63,712 bases of DNA. It comes from Pseudobdellovibrionaceae bacterium. Lineage in GTDB: Bacteria; Bdellovibrionota; Bdellovibrionia; Bdellovibrionales; UBA1609. The position numbers and the translations under genes are program-made. Below, in pieces: positions 1 to 9,433 of this stretch. The notes beneath the pieces were generated by a model that worked only from the letters and a program-made list of their open reading frames with translations, had not been told where the DNA came from and did no database searches. Position 1 is the stretch's first letter. Each line of letters opens with the position of its first letter. The stretch covers positions 1 through 63,712 of the forward strand of contig JANXMF010000224.1 in NCBI GenBank assembly GCA_025354795.1, in the 5' to 3' direction.

Positions 1-64
1 GGTGATGGTGATGGTGATGACCATGGTCATGGTCATGAGAATGACTGTACGGCTTTTTGGACAT
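1..64 (-). CDS. 5' end of a gene running off the left edge; histidine-rich N-terminus (MSKKPYSHSHDHDHGHHHHHH...), possibly a metal-binding or cation-efflux protein
   Basis: Reverse complement of 1-64 starts with ATG (62-64) and reads a run of His/Asp codons. Only about 21 codons are visible. Confidence 0.35.
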   Translation of the reverse strand, partial: MSKKPYSHSHDHDHGHHHHHH

Positions 65-169
65 GGCCTAAGTATCAGGGATACAACTGTCAATTAGCCA
101 CAGATGACGCGCTGTCATGTCAATTAACTCCAGTTTTCAAACCGCCGGCGCGAGAGTACAAAATCTGCT

Positions 170-607
170 ATGTCGCTCCCACACATTATGAAAAACGCAG
201 CGGTGGATCTCACCTCCACCATCAACGGCCGCTTCGCGCCCGCGGATTGGCAGCAGATCCTTGAGCGTGCCGAGCAGAAATTCCAATACAATTTGCAAGC
301 CGCGCCCGAGGCGGGCGACGTGGCCGCATGGCAAGAGGTTGTGCGCGATTTTTACCTCGACCATTACTGGGGCTTTAAGCCTGGATATAGGGCTCCGAAA
401 ATCGCAAAGCCGCGCAATTTGGGCGTGCAATTTATTTGGATGGCATTCAACGCTCTGTGCAGCATCAAAGTAGTGGTGCTGTGGTTTGGGCAGATTTACT
501 CGCGCAGCGATGAGCCCTTCGATAAATGGATTTTTCTAGGTTTGATTTTCCTGGTGGTCAGTAATTTTGTGTTTTTTCTTTGGCGTAATCACGCACATCC
601 GGACTGA
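170..607 (+). CDS. hypothetical membrane protein
   Basis: 145-aa ORF. The C-terminal half has two hydrophobic segments (FIWMAFNALCSIKVVVLWF, IFLGLIFLVVSNFVFFLW). No recognisable family. Confidence 0.4.
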   Translation: MSLPHIMKNAAVDLTSTINGRFAPADWQQILERAEQKFQYNLQAAPEAGDVAAWQEVVRDFYLDHYWGFKPGYRAPKIAKPRNLGVQFIWMAFNALCSIKVVVLWFGQIYSRSDEPFDKWIFLGLIFLVVSNFVFFLWRNHAHPD

Positions 608-1081
608 CGTTCGAAGCTATAAACAGTAATAGTTTACTGCGGCGATTTACTCATGTCATTGTTGCTGCCGTCCTTGGCCGGAGCCAAAGTCGTGGTGCGA
701 GCGGAAACTCAAACATCCTATGATTTTGCTACGGTGATGAAGTTTATTTCGCCTTCCATTGAGTTGAAGTTTGACTTGTTCGTTTTCGTTAACACCGGAA
801 CAGTCAGCCATGACTGCCGGACTTTGATCTTTGGCAGACTCTTCCCAGTGAAGCGGCTCAACTCGGCGAGGGCCGCACACGCCCGGGCTACAAAATATTA
901 ATGATATTTTTCGACGGGATCGCGGGTTAGCGAAGACCGATTGGACTTGTGCTGCATGGGGCAAATCCATTGCGTCAGGACTTTGCCAGTGCTACTTTGC
1001 CGCAGAATAAAAATGATTTTCTAACAGAGTAGGTCCGCAAATGCAGCTTTTGCCCTATTGGTTGAATTGGACCGTCTTTTG

Positions 1082-3619
1082 ATGACGGAGCCCAATTTCT
1101 TTGCGCCGGTGGACGGAGTGGTCATGCCGCTGGCCAATGTACCTGATCCGGTCTTCGCGCAAAAAATGTTGGGTGACGGCGTGGCTATCGAACCCACGTC
1201 ATCACTCTTGCTCGCGCCCAGCGATGGCAAGGTGACGCAGCTCCATCCCAGCCATCATGCGGTCACGATTTTAACACCCTCGGGATTGCAAATTCTCCTG
1301 CACATTGGAATTGATACCGTCAAATTGAAGGGCAAGGGTTTTTCGCCGCTCATTCAGCTGGGTGATTCCGTTCGAAAAGGCCAGGGTCTGATTCGCTTTG
1401 ATAGCGATTTTGTGGCGCAAAAGGCCAAGAGCCTGCTGACGGTGATGGTGGTGTGCGAGGGGCCGGCCCACGCCTTGAAAGACCTCCGGGCGGGCCAGAC
1501 GGTTCGCGCCGGCATAGATAAAGTATTTGCGGCGCGAATGATGGGTGCGACAACCGAGGCGCCGACGGTTCAAAGTGCGTCGGCGCAGGAATCAAAGATT
1601 TTGACGATGAACTTGCCCAACGGCTTACATGCGCGGCCCGCCGCACGCCTCACGGCCTTAGCCAAAGGTTTTGCGCAGACGACGCTGAGTTTGCGCAAGA
1701 ATGGCAGGACTGCCAACGCCAAAAGCGTGGTCGATCTTCTGGGGCTCGAACTTTTGCATGCGGATAAATTTCAAATCGTTGCAGTGGGGGGAGACTGCGC
1801 GCGGGCATTGGCGGCGGTCGTGGAATTTCTGCTGAATCTCGAAGAAACTGCGGAGCCGCACTTGGCGAAATCGATTTCTCCAGCGGGTGGCGGCATTGGC
1901 ATTTCGCCGGGGTTGGCGCTCGGGCGCGTTTGGCACATGGGAAAGGCCCAGTTTGAGATCGCGCGCAAAGCCGACCTTACGAAAGTTTTAGAGCTTGAGC
2001 TGTTGCAGGCGGCGCTCAATCAGGCGCGTGACGAAATTGCACAGCTGCGCCGTGCGAGCGGCGGGCTTCAATCCGAGATCTTTGCGGCTCACGAGGAAAT
2101 GTTGCAAGATCCCGCAATCCTAGACCCAGTCGTTGCGCGCATTGAGCGAGGGGAAAGCGCGGCGTTTGCCTGGCATGAAACGGTGACTGAGCTCGCGCAC
2201 AAATTGCAAAAGTTAAACAATGAATTGTTGCGCAATCGAGCGGCCGATTTGCACGACGTGGATCAGCGGGTGCTTAAAGCTATGGGAATTGAGTCGAGCC
2301 AAGCTAAGCCTACGGTGGCAGGACCGATGATTTTGATCGCAGAAAATCTAACGCCCTCGGAGGCCGCACAATTTGGGACTTTGAACATCGCAGGCTTTTG
2401 CACCGTCGAAGGCGGCGCAACCTCGCACGTCGCGATCTTGGCGCGCTCGATGGGAATTCCTGCGATTGCCGGTATTGATCGCACCGTCTTAGCGCTTCCC
2501 GTTGGCGCTGAAATCATTATCGATGGCGAGTCGGGGCTCATCCAGACTTCGCCCACGCCGGCGCAGAAACGCCAGGTTGAAGAGTGGCAGACCAATCAAA
2601 AAAAGCAAAAGACCGCGAACTTAAAGCATGCGTTTGAAATCGCGCAAACGATCGATGGTCGCGCGATTCACGTGCATGCGAATATCGGCAATCTGGCCGA
2701 TCTTGAGACCGCGCTAAAAATGGGAGCCGACGGGGTAGGTCTGTTGCGCACTGAATTTATGTTCTTAGAGCGCGAGCAAGCGCCGAGTGAAGAGGAGCAA
2801 TTGGGTCTGCTGCAACAGATGGCGAGTTTTTTGGGTGAGCGGACCTTCACTATTCGAACGCTCGATGTCGGCGGGGATAAACCGCTGAGCTATTTGCCGT
2901 TGCCGCGCGAAGAAAATCCGTTTCTAGGCGTACGCGGATTGCGCATCGGCCTGCGCCAACCTGAAATCCTGCGCCAGCAATTGCGCGCGATCTTGCGCAT
3001 CAAGAGCCGCGCTACGATCAATGTGATGTTCCCGATGGTCGCGAGTCTTGAGGAATTTGTCGCGGCCAAAGCCATCGTTGAGGAAGAACGCCGCAAGTTG
3101 AAGGTAGAGCCAGTCGCCGTGGGAATCATGGTTGAGGTTCCCTCCGCGGCTCTGACTGCGCAAGTTTTCGCGCCGGCGGTGGACTTTTTCTCGATTGGAA
3201 CCAACGATTTGACTCAATATACGTTGGCGATGGATCGCGGCCATAAAGAATTGGCGCGCTCGGCAGATGGTCTTCATCCTAGTGTGCTAAGTTTGATTGA
3301 AATGACCACGCGCGCGGCGCAATTGCACGGCAAATGGGTCGGAGTCTGTGGCGGTCTCGCGGGCGACACCGAGGCGACGGAATTGCTGCTTGGTTTTGGG
3401 ATTGATGAGCTGAGCGTGAGCCCCCCCTGCGCACCGTTGATTAACGCTCGGGTGCGCGGCTTAACTTTAGCGCGCGCGCAAGTGTTGGCGCGGCAAGCCC
3501 TGAAAATGGATTCGGCCGTGAGTGTGCGTAAAATGTGTGAGAAAAAACCAACGTCCGAGCGAGGTGCAGCCCATGGTGATACTGAAGACGTCTTATTCGT
3601 TCCTTCAAAGAATAGGTAA
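1082..3619 (+). CDS. PTS multiphosphoryl transfer protein, EIIA(Glc)-HPr-Enzyme I fusion (NagF-like architecture)
   Basis: EIIA-Glc motifs [18 protein letters not shown] and [12 protein letters not shown]. HPr site [13 protein letters not shown]. Enzyme I motifs [34 protein letters not shown]. Start moved to the ATG at 1082 ([12 protein letters not shown]). Confidence 0.9.
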   Translation: MTEPNFFAPVDGVVMPLANVPDPVFAQKMLGDGVAIEPTSSLLLAPSDGKVTQLHPSHHAVTILTPSGLQILLHIGIDTVKLKGKGFSPLIQLGDSVRKGQGLIRFDSDFVAQKAKSLLTVMVVCEGPAHALKDLRAGQTVRAGIDKVFAARMMGATTEAPTVQSASAQESKILTMNLPNGLHARPAARLTALAKGFAQTTLSLRKNGRTANAKSVVDLLGLELLHADKFQIVAVGGDCARALAAVVEFLLNLEETAEPHLAKSISPAGGGIGISPGLALGRVWHMGKAQFEIARKADLTKVLELELLQAALNQARDEIAQLRRASGGLQSEIFAAHEEMLQDPAILDPVVARIERGESAAFAWHETVTELAHKLQKLNNELLRNRAADLHDVDQRVLKAMGIESSQAKPTVAGPMILIAENLTPSEAAQFGTLNIAGFCTVEGGATSHVAILARSMGIPAIAGIDRTVLALPVGAEIIIDGESGLIQTSPTPAQKRQVEEWQTNQKKQKTANLKHAFEIAQTIDGRAIHVHANIGNLADLETALKMGADGVGLLRTEFMFLEREQAPSEEEQLGLLQQMASFLGERTFTIRTLDVGGDKPLSYLPLPREENPFLGVRGLRIGLRQPEILRQQLRAILRIKSRATINVMFPMVASLEEFVAAKAIVEEERRKLKVEPVAVGIMVEVPSAALTAQVFAPAVDFFSIGTNDLTQYTLAMDRGHKELARSADGLHPSVLSLIEMTTRAAQLHGKWVGVCGGLAGDTEATELLLGFGIDELSVSPPCAPLINARVRGLTLARAQVLARQALKMDSAVSVRKMCEKKPTSERGAAHGDTEDVLFVPSKNR

Positions 3620-5228
3620 AGCACTGATGTTGCCGGTAGCGGTCCTTCCTGCGGCGGGATTGCTGCTGGGGATCGGTAGCGCCAAATTCGCTCTGCTGCC
3701 CACTGCGGTGTCTGATATTATGGCTGTCAGTGGCGGCGCGGTGTTTGGCAATCTGCCGTTGATTTTTGCGCTCGGCACCGCTTTAGGTCTTGCGGCCAAC
3801 GATGGGGTCGCGGCCTTAGCGGCGAGCGTGGGTTATGTGGTTTTGCTCGCTACGATGGGTAGCATGGCCAAGCTTCTCGGGGCCGAGGGAAAAATGGTGA
3901 TGGGAATTGAATCCATCGACACCGGAGTGTTCGGCGGTATCGCAATTGGGATAGCGGCGGCGCTGATCTTTAATCGTTATTATCGTTTGCAGTTGCCTTC
4001 TTACTTGGGATTTTTCTCCGGCAAGCGGTCGGTGCCGATTTTGACGGCCGCGGCAGCACTGGCTTTGGGTGTGGTATTGAGCGTGGTATGGCCGCCTATA
4101 GGCCGCGCGATTCATAGTTTCTCGCTGTGGTCGGCCGCGGGCAACCCGGTGCTTGCGTTTAGTATTTATGGTTTCGTCGAGCGTCTCTTGATTCCCTTTG
4201 GGCTGCACCATATTTGGAATGTGCCGTTCTTTTTTGAGGTGGGCCAGTTTCTCGATCCCACAAGTGGAAAGCTGATTAGCGGTGAAGTGGCTCGCTATAT
4301 CGCGGGCGATCCCACCGCAGGAAATTTGGCTGGGGGCTATTTGTTCAAGATGTGGGGCCTCCCAGCCGCCGCGTTGGCGATTTGGAAAACAGCGCGGCCT
4401 GAAAATCGGGCGATGGTCGGCGGGATTATGATTTCGGCGGCATTGACCTCGTTTTTAACCGGCATCACCGAGCCCATAGAGTTTTCGTTTATGTTCGTGG
4501 CGCCCCTTCTCTATGCCGGGCACGCACTAGCTTGTGCCGCCGCCTACGCGGTATGCATTTTGTTAGGTATTAAGCATGGCATGACATTTTCGCACGGGTT
4601 GATCGACTTTCTGATTCTTTTTCCGCAGTCGTCGAATGCGTTGTGGTTTTTTGTACTGGGCCCCATTTGGGCCGCCGGTTATTTTGTGATTTTCTCGGTG
4701 GCCATTCGCCATTTCAAATTGGCCACACCTGGCCGTGAAGTCGAATCGGTGGCGGTCGAATCCAGCGCGACCGATTCAGGAAAGGCAGAGGCCTTGGTCG
4801 CAGCCTTTGGCGGGCGGGCCAATATTCGCAATCTAGATGCCTGCATCACGCGCTTGCGGGTTGTGGTGGCCGATGCGGCGAGGGTCGATGCACCTAGGTT
4901 AAAAGCACTCGGAGCAACGGCGGTGGTGAGTGTGGCGGACGGTGTGCAGGCGATATTCGGCACCGCTTCCGAAAATTTAAAGACCGATATGGAAAAATAT
5001 TTGGCGGGCTCAAGATTGGCGGTGGTTAGCGATGCAGGTCCCATCGTCCATTTGCACGGCGCACTCGGCGGTGAAGGGAATATCGTTTCGGCGCAGGCAT
5101 TGAGTCCCAACCGTTTGCGGGTGGAATTAAAATCAGGCGACGGTTTACGATTGGAGGATTTGCGCGCTTTGGGAATCGCGGCCTATCAGAAGATTCAGCC
5201 CAACCTTTATCATCTGATTCGGGGATAA
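3573..5228 (+). CDS. PTS EIICB component, glucose/N-acetylglucosamine family (NagE-like), with an extra degenerate EIIB-like C-terminal repeat
   Basis: N-terminus [31 protein letters not shown] motif [22 protein letters not shown] phospho-Cys motif [11 protein letters not shown] (Cys codon 4842-4844). Start at the ATG at 3573 overlaps the upstream gene by 47 nt. Confidence 0.88.
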   Translation: MVILKTSYSFLQRIGKALMLPVAVLPAAGLLLGIGSAKFALLPTAVSDIMAVSGGAVFGNLPLIFALGTALGLAANDGVAALAASVGYVVLLATMGSMAKLLGAEGKMVMGIESIDTGVFGGIAIGIAAALIFNRYYRLQLPSYLGFFSGKRSVPILTAAAALALGVVLSVVWPPIGRAIHSFSLWSAAGNPVLAFSIYGFVERLLIPFGLHHIWNVPFFFEVGQFLDPTSGKLISGEVARYIAGDPTAGNLAGGYLFKMWGLPAAALAIWKTARPENRAMVGGIMISAALTSFLTGITEPIEFSFMFVAPLLYAGHALACAAAYAVCILLGIKHGMTFSHGLIDFLILFPQSSNALWFFVLGPIWAAGYFVIFSVAIRHFKLATPGREVESVAVESSATDSGKAEALVAAFGGRANIRNLDACITRLRVVVADAARVDAPRLKALGATAVVSVADGVQAIFGTASENLKTDMEKYLAGSRLAVVSDAGPIVHLHGALGGEGNIVSAQALSPNRLRVELKSGDGLRLEDLRALGIAAYQKIQPNLYHLIRG

Positions 5229-5472
5229 GACATGTTTCTTGACATCGTGTTAAGCACGATTGACCCTTGACCGACCTTATGGTGGGGAGAGGGTTTCATT
5301 TTAGTCTGGCCTTTTTCCGATTCGACTTATCACGGGCGGGTGAGTTGGGCAATGCAAGAAGATCTCTTGCTGTTTGGATTTTAGCGCCAGCTTGCATTTC
5401 AAAAAATGCAACCGCCCAGTTGACTTGCTGCCGCGCCCCTGCAAACCTAGATTTTTAAAAGGAGATTTATAT

Positions 5473-5937
5473 ATGACAGTTTTAGTTTATTTAGCCGGCG
5501 CACTTTTCGTGGTCCAAGCCTTTGCCTCGCATAAGTTCGTGCCCGATCCCGCCAACAAATTGACCGCCAAAAACGTGATGACCATGACCGTCCCTTGGAT
5601 CAAAGACAAGGGCAAAAAATACGATCTCAACCTGACAGTGCATGCGGAGTCCGGCGACAAAGGCATGATTATTTTCTTGGGCGACCTGGGTTGCCAACGC
5701 GGCGAGGCGGTTGGAAAGTTAAAGCATACTTTTTTCAATACCGGCGAACGCACCATTGATTTTCGCCCGAATCAAACTAAGGATTTCAATTTAGTTTGCA
5801 CCATCGGTTCTGAGACCCGCGGCGATTTCAAGATCACGATTGCTAAAATTTATGATAATCCCAGTCTGGACGGCAAAACCATCGGCAAAGTGATCGCCAA
5901 AGACTTATCTTGGTCGCAGTCGGACCGCAGCGAGTAA
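5473..5937 (+). CDS. exported hypothetical protein
   Basis: GGAG at 5461 precedes the ATG at 5473. Signal-peptide-like MTVLVYLAGALFVVQAFA. No family recognised. Confidence 0.55.
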   Translation: MTVLVYLAGALFVVQAFASHKFVPDPANKLTAKNVMTMTVPWIKDKGKKYDLNLTVHAESGDKGMIIFLGDLGCQRGEAVGKLKHTFFNTGERTIDFRPNQTKDFNLVCTIGSETRGDFKITIAKIYDNPSLDGKTIGKVIAKDLSWSQSDRSE

Positions 5938-5976
5938 TTACTTCAGAGTGATATAGACGCCGGAGTGCAAGTCGCA

Positions 5977-6621
5977 TCAAGTCTGCGAATCTAGGCAAAT
6001 CTGACGAGTCAGGGCTTCAAAGTGGAAGCCTGCCCGAGTGGCCCCGCTAAGAAAATGATCAAGAGTTGCTAGAAATTGCGGAGCATTGCGCCGCCGCTGG
6101 CGATCGTGGAGCAAAATCACTTCGCCTTCCCGCAGACGCTGGACGCTGTGATCGGCTGAAGACATCCTCCATTTCCACACAGAGTCGTAGTGGCGAACGG
6201 ACCAAAGAACCGTGGGAAGCCCGAGCTCCTGCAAGGCCCGTCGAAGCTTCGGCGTACGCACTCCGGCCGGCGGCCGAAAGCCGACCGTGGGGGCGCCGCA
6301 AAGACCGTGTAAAAGGCTTTCGGACTCCCGAATCCAGCGCGCGAGCCTAGGAACTTTTGAAAAATAATAACCGTAACTATGATCCAGTGAGTGGTTGCCG
6401 ATGGCATGGCCGCCATTTTGAATATTCACCAGGAGTTCGCGCTGCATGGCTGCTTTTTTGGCGATCAGAAAAAACGTCGCGCGGGCTTGGTGCTTGGCGA
6501 GGACCTGCAAAACCGCGGGTGTGCAAATGGGGTCGGGGCCGTCATCAAACGTCAGATAGACTGCCCGATTCGGATTGCGCACCGAGCGCACACACGGTCC
6601 AAGCCATTCCATCAGCGCCAC
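5977..6621 (-). CDS. polysaccharide deacetylase (NodB homology domain)
   Basis: Motifs YLTFDDGPDP, GHAIGNHSLDH and LLHD. Overlaps the upstream gene stop by 10 nt. Confidence 0.8.
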   Translation of the reverse strand: MALMEWLGPCVRSVRNPNRAVYLTFDDGPDPICTPAVLQVLAKHQARATFFLIAKKAAMQRELLVNIQNGGHAIGNHSLDHSYGYYFSKVPRLARWIRESESLLHGLCGAPTVGFRPPAGVRTPKLRRALQELGLPTVLWSVRHYDSVWKWRMSSADHSVQRLREGEVILLHDRQRRRNAPQFLATLDHFLSGATRAGFHFEALTRQICLDSQT

Positions 6622-7349
6622 GTGAGCAGGGAATGACTGCCATCCGGTTTGTATAAACTAATATTATTTAGTACTTCGTCATCCGCGAGCGCGCGCACGA
6701 ACAACTCGACGCCATTGGATTCATAGTGTCCGGGCGAATCCGTAAGAGCATGAGTTGGCGCATTCACGCAATTCACCGCGATAAGTTCACAGCGCGGGGT
6801 GCGGCCCACCCGCTCGAGACCCGTGCTACTTGCAAGCAGCACTGCGCCCGCGCCCTCCCCGGTGTAACGGCTGCGGATCTTAGTTTCGTTCAGGCCTTCC
6901 ACCATTTCCGCGACGCGGGCATCGACGGCGGTGATTAAACAAAAGTTACAGAGCCCGTGGCGCACCAACAGATGTCCGGTGGCCAGCGCGTCTTCGCCGG
7001 TAAAATGCAAGCGGCTCACCGTCAGCAGAGGTCCCGTGATCCGCCAGGTCATTGCTAGAAATCCAGTGGTCGAATTGTGCAGGCTGTTTTGAAAAAGAAT
7101 CGGGCGCGCCACACCCGTTTGCGACAGTGTCCTAAGGAAATCGATCGTGACTTCCAGCTCGCCATGACAAGAACCGAGCACCAAGCCGCAGTCCTCCCGC
7201 ACCGCCTCGCGGTCAAAGCCCAACATGGTTTGCTCAATCGAGCTGTTGGCCAGAATCATACCGCGGGTGGCTTTGCGGTAGCGCGGCTCTTTTGTTACGG
7301 CCTCGGGATCGCTGGCCAGGCCTGTGCTTACAACATAAACTGAATTCAT
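6612..7349 (-). CDS. beta-ketoacyl synthase-like partner protein (chain-length-factor-like, no active-site Cys motif seen)
   Basis: Start taken at MNSVYVVSTG, where the ATG overlaps the upstream KS stop as ATGA at 7346-7349. Thiolase-fold-like segments PILFQNSLHNSTTGFLAMTWRITGP and YTGEGAGAVLL. The longer ORF-track N-terminus lies inside the KS gene. Confidence 0.65.
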   Translation of the reverse strand: MNSVYVVSTGLASDPEAVTKEPRYRKATRGMILANSSIEQTMLGFDREAVREDCGLVLGSCHGELEVTIDFLRTLSQTGVARPILFQNSLHNSTTGFLAMTWRITGPLLTVSRLHFTGEDALATGHLLVRHGLCNFCLITAVDARVAEMVEGLNETKIRSRYTGEGAGAVLLASSTGLERVGRTPRCELIAVNCVNAPTHALTDSPGHYESNGVELFVRALADDEVLNNISLYKPDGSHSLLTWR

Positions 7350-8512
7350 ATGGCACTCCACACTAAGGCGGCGTTGGTGCCGCCAAAGCCCAGCGTGTTT
7401 TTCAAGATATGCTGAATCTTGGTCGGGACGTTCGTGGGCGGGTGGCGTAAGTGCAGAGCGGGGTCGGGTTGCTCCAGACCGTGAGTTTTCAAAACGATTT
7501 GATGGCGCAGGGCCTCGATGCATAAAATCGACTCGATCACGCCCGAGGCGCCTAAAGCGTGGCCATGCACCCATTTGCTCGAGCTGACCCACGGGGGATC
7601 ATTGCTAAACAGTGACCGTATAGCTGCGGCTTCGGCGCTGTCGTTGTGAGTCGAGCCTGTTCCGTGCGCATGAATCCAATCGATGTCGGCGCATGCCAAA
7701 GCAGCACTCGCTAGCGCCGCGGCCATGGCTTTTCGACAGCCATGGCCTTCAGGCTGAGGGGCGGTCATATGGTAGCCGTCCGAACTTAAACCAAAACCGC
7801 TGAGGCACGCCAGGCTTCGGTCAGACGGCTCACTTTCCAAACATAAAAAGCCCGCACCTTCGGAGAGGTTGATTCCCGAGCGGTGGAGGTCAAACGGTTG
7901 ACTCGCCTTACGTGACAATAGCTGCAGCGACGAGAAGCCTTGAATGGTCAGATCACACAAAACCTCGGCGCCGCCCACGATGCAGCGGTCGACCAAGCCC
8001 TGCTCGAGCCACATGGCCGCGATCGCCAAAGCCTGGGTGGAGGCAGCACACGCGGAGGTCACCAACAATTGTCGGCCGCTGAAGCCAATGCGTGAGCAGA
8101 CCGAATCCAATAGGTCGCCGAGCGGCTGATGCTGAACGGCCTCGACAAATTCGAGCTTCGCCAATGTACCCAGCAAGTAGGAAGTTAAAGCTTTGTCCCA
8201 CTGCGGAATTTGTCCGGTGGTGGTCGCTAAAATAAAGCCATCGGTGGGTCTGAGTTCCGTCCATCCTGCGCGGCGCACGGCTTGCTCCAAGGTTAAGAGC
8301 GCCAATTCCTTCGCGCGATTGGGAGGGAGCGTGACTTTAGCAAAGAGGGGATTGTCGGCAAGCTGCGCCCGGCCCTCAATAAATGCCTGGTCGGGAATGT
8401 ATCCCAGGCCATCCTTGAGCCCGGAAGTGCCATGGCGCGCGGCCTGCCACAGAGCATCAATTGAGCTTCCCGAACAGGTGATCGCGCCTTGACCGGTTAC
8501 CCACACGGCCAT
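7346..8512 (-). CDS. beta-ketoacyl-ACP synthase (FabF/FabB-like)
   Basis: Active-site TSACAAS, HAHGTGSTHND, HGHALGASG. Start at MAVWVTGQG lies 1 nt after the ACP stop. Confidence 0.9.
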   Translation of the reverse strand: MAVWVTGQGAITCSGSSIDALWQAARHGTSGLKDGLGYIPDQAFIEGRAQLADNPLFAKVTLPPNRAKELALLTLEQAVRRAGWTELRPTDGFILATTTGQIPQWDKALTSYLLGTLAKLEFVEAVQHQPLGDLLDSVCSRIGFSGRQLLVTSACAASTQALAIAAMWLEQGLVDRCIVGGAEVLCDLTIQGFSSLQLLSRKASQPFDLHRSGINLSEGAGFLCLESEPSDRSLACLSGFGLSSDGYHMTAPQPEGHGCRKAMAAALASAALACADIDWIHAHGTGSTHNDSAEAAAIRSLFSNDPPWVSSSKWVHGHALGASGVIESILCIEALRHQIVLKTHGLEQPDPALHLRHPPTNVPTKIQHILKNTLGFGGTNAALVWSAI

Positions 8513-8513
8513 T

Positions 8514-8810
8514 TTAAACCCGGTTTTGTAAGATGAAGTCGGCGATATTGCCAATCGTGCCGAAGTGTTGACGTCCGACTTCGGCGTCTTTCACCTTTAA
8601 CTGATAGCGCTGCTCTACGGCCACCACCACCTCAAGGACGTCGACTGAGTCCAAATTGAGACCATCGGGGCCAAAGGCGGTGTCGGAGCGGATCTCCTCG
8701 GGTGCCAAATGATGCAGATTGACAGCGTGGATGATGAGCGCCTTGAGCTCTTGCACCAATTGATCGCGATCGGCAGGCAAAGGACTAAGATTCATTTCGA
8801 GTTTGTTCAT
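8514..8810 (-). CDS. acyl carrier protein
   Basis: 98 aa with the phosphopantetheine-site context GLNLDSVDVLEVVVAVE. Confidence 0.85.
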   Translation of the reverse strand: MNKLEMNLSPLPADRDQLVQELKALIIHAVNLHHLAPEEIRSDTAFGPDGLNLDSVDVLEVVVAVEQRYQLKVKDAEVGRQHFGTIGNIADFILQNRV

Positions 8811-8842
8811 AACGTATCCATTTGTTAAATCTGGGCCCTAAT

Positions 8843-9433
8843 ATGCGAATGTTGACCCGTGTTATCAATCAATATTTTCTGCTTTTGTTGCTCGTATCCC
8901 AGGCGCCGCTGGCGGAGCCGGTGAGCGAAGCGCAGCTGGGCCAGGAGCTTAAAGCGTACCGCGACCTCAAAGAGCTTGCGGTCACCTTCCATCAGACTAA
9001 GCATTTGGCGGAGATGAACCTAGATCTGCGTTCGGAGGGGCGTATGGCGCTCAAGCGCCCAGATGAGGTGGTGTGGGAAATCCAAAAGCCCAGTCGGGTG
9101 ACGGTTCAGATCAATCGCAAGGAAATTTCCATCACCAGTGCCGGCGAGCGCCAGGTTCTAAAAATAAGCGAATTGTCCCATGACAATGCAGCGCGGGGAT
9201 TCGGTTTGCTCATGCCGTGGCTCACGCTCGATACCGCGGCGTTGGTCGCGCAGTACGAAATCACTTCAGGTGCCGATCACACCTTTCAATTTGTACCGAA
9301 GCAGGGAAACTCAACGGTGGTGAAAATGCGCGCCCACCTCACCCCGGCGGGTCACCTTGATAAACTGCAATTATTTGAAAAATCGGGCGATACACTTGAG
9401 ATCCTATTCGCCACTCCGCGGATCAAACGGTGA
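8843..9433 (+). CDS. LolA-like outer-membrane lipoprotein carrier family protein
   Basis: Signal peptide MRMLTRVINQYFLLLLLVSQAPLA. Size and beta-rich pattern are typical of the LolA-like proteins of APE clusters, and it sits next to an MMPL exporter. Confidence 0.65.
   Translation: MRMLTRVINQYFLLLLLVSQAPLAEPVSEAQLGQELKAYRDLKELAVTFHQTKHLAEMNLDLRSEGRMALKRPDEVVWEIQKPSRVTVQINRKEISITSAGERQVLKISELSHDNAARGFGLLMPWLTLDTAALVAQYEITSGADHTFQFVPKQGNSTVVKMRAHLTPAGHLDKLQLFEKSGDTLEILFATPRIKR

Noticed and set aside
1-45. GGTGAT/GGTCAT hexanucleotide repeat as a microsatellite
   Set aside because: It is the coding sequence for a His/Asp-rich N-terminus on the minus strand, not a non-coding repeat.
653-970. 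Overlapping ORFs 653-901 (+) and 656-970 (-) upstream of the PTS genes
   Set aside because: They are mutually exclusive antisense ORFs with no RBS and no recognisable motifs. They are kept only as part of a non-coding gap observation.
1058-1081. ORF-track start of the EI fusion (MVELDRLL)
   Set aside because: The ATG at 1082 gives an N-terminus ([12 protein letters not shown]) at the usual distance from the EIIA-Glc core. The 8 extra codons are not needed.
3522-3572. Longer start of the EIICB ORF ([10 protein letters not shown]...)
   Set aside because: It lies deep inside the upstream gene and precedes the conserved EIIC N-terminus. The ATG at 3573 is preferred.
7350-7592. N-terminal 81 codons of the 326-aa ORF 6612-7592
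   Set aside because: This part runs inside the ketosynthase gene in another frame and is Arg/Pro-rich nonsense. The ATGA-coupled start at 7349 fits better.
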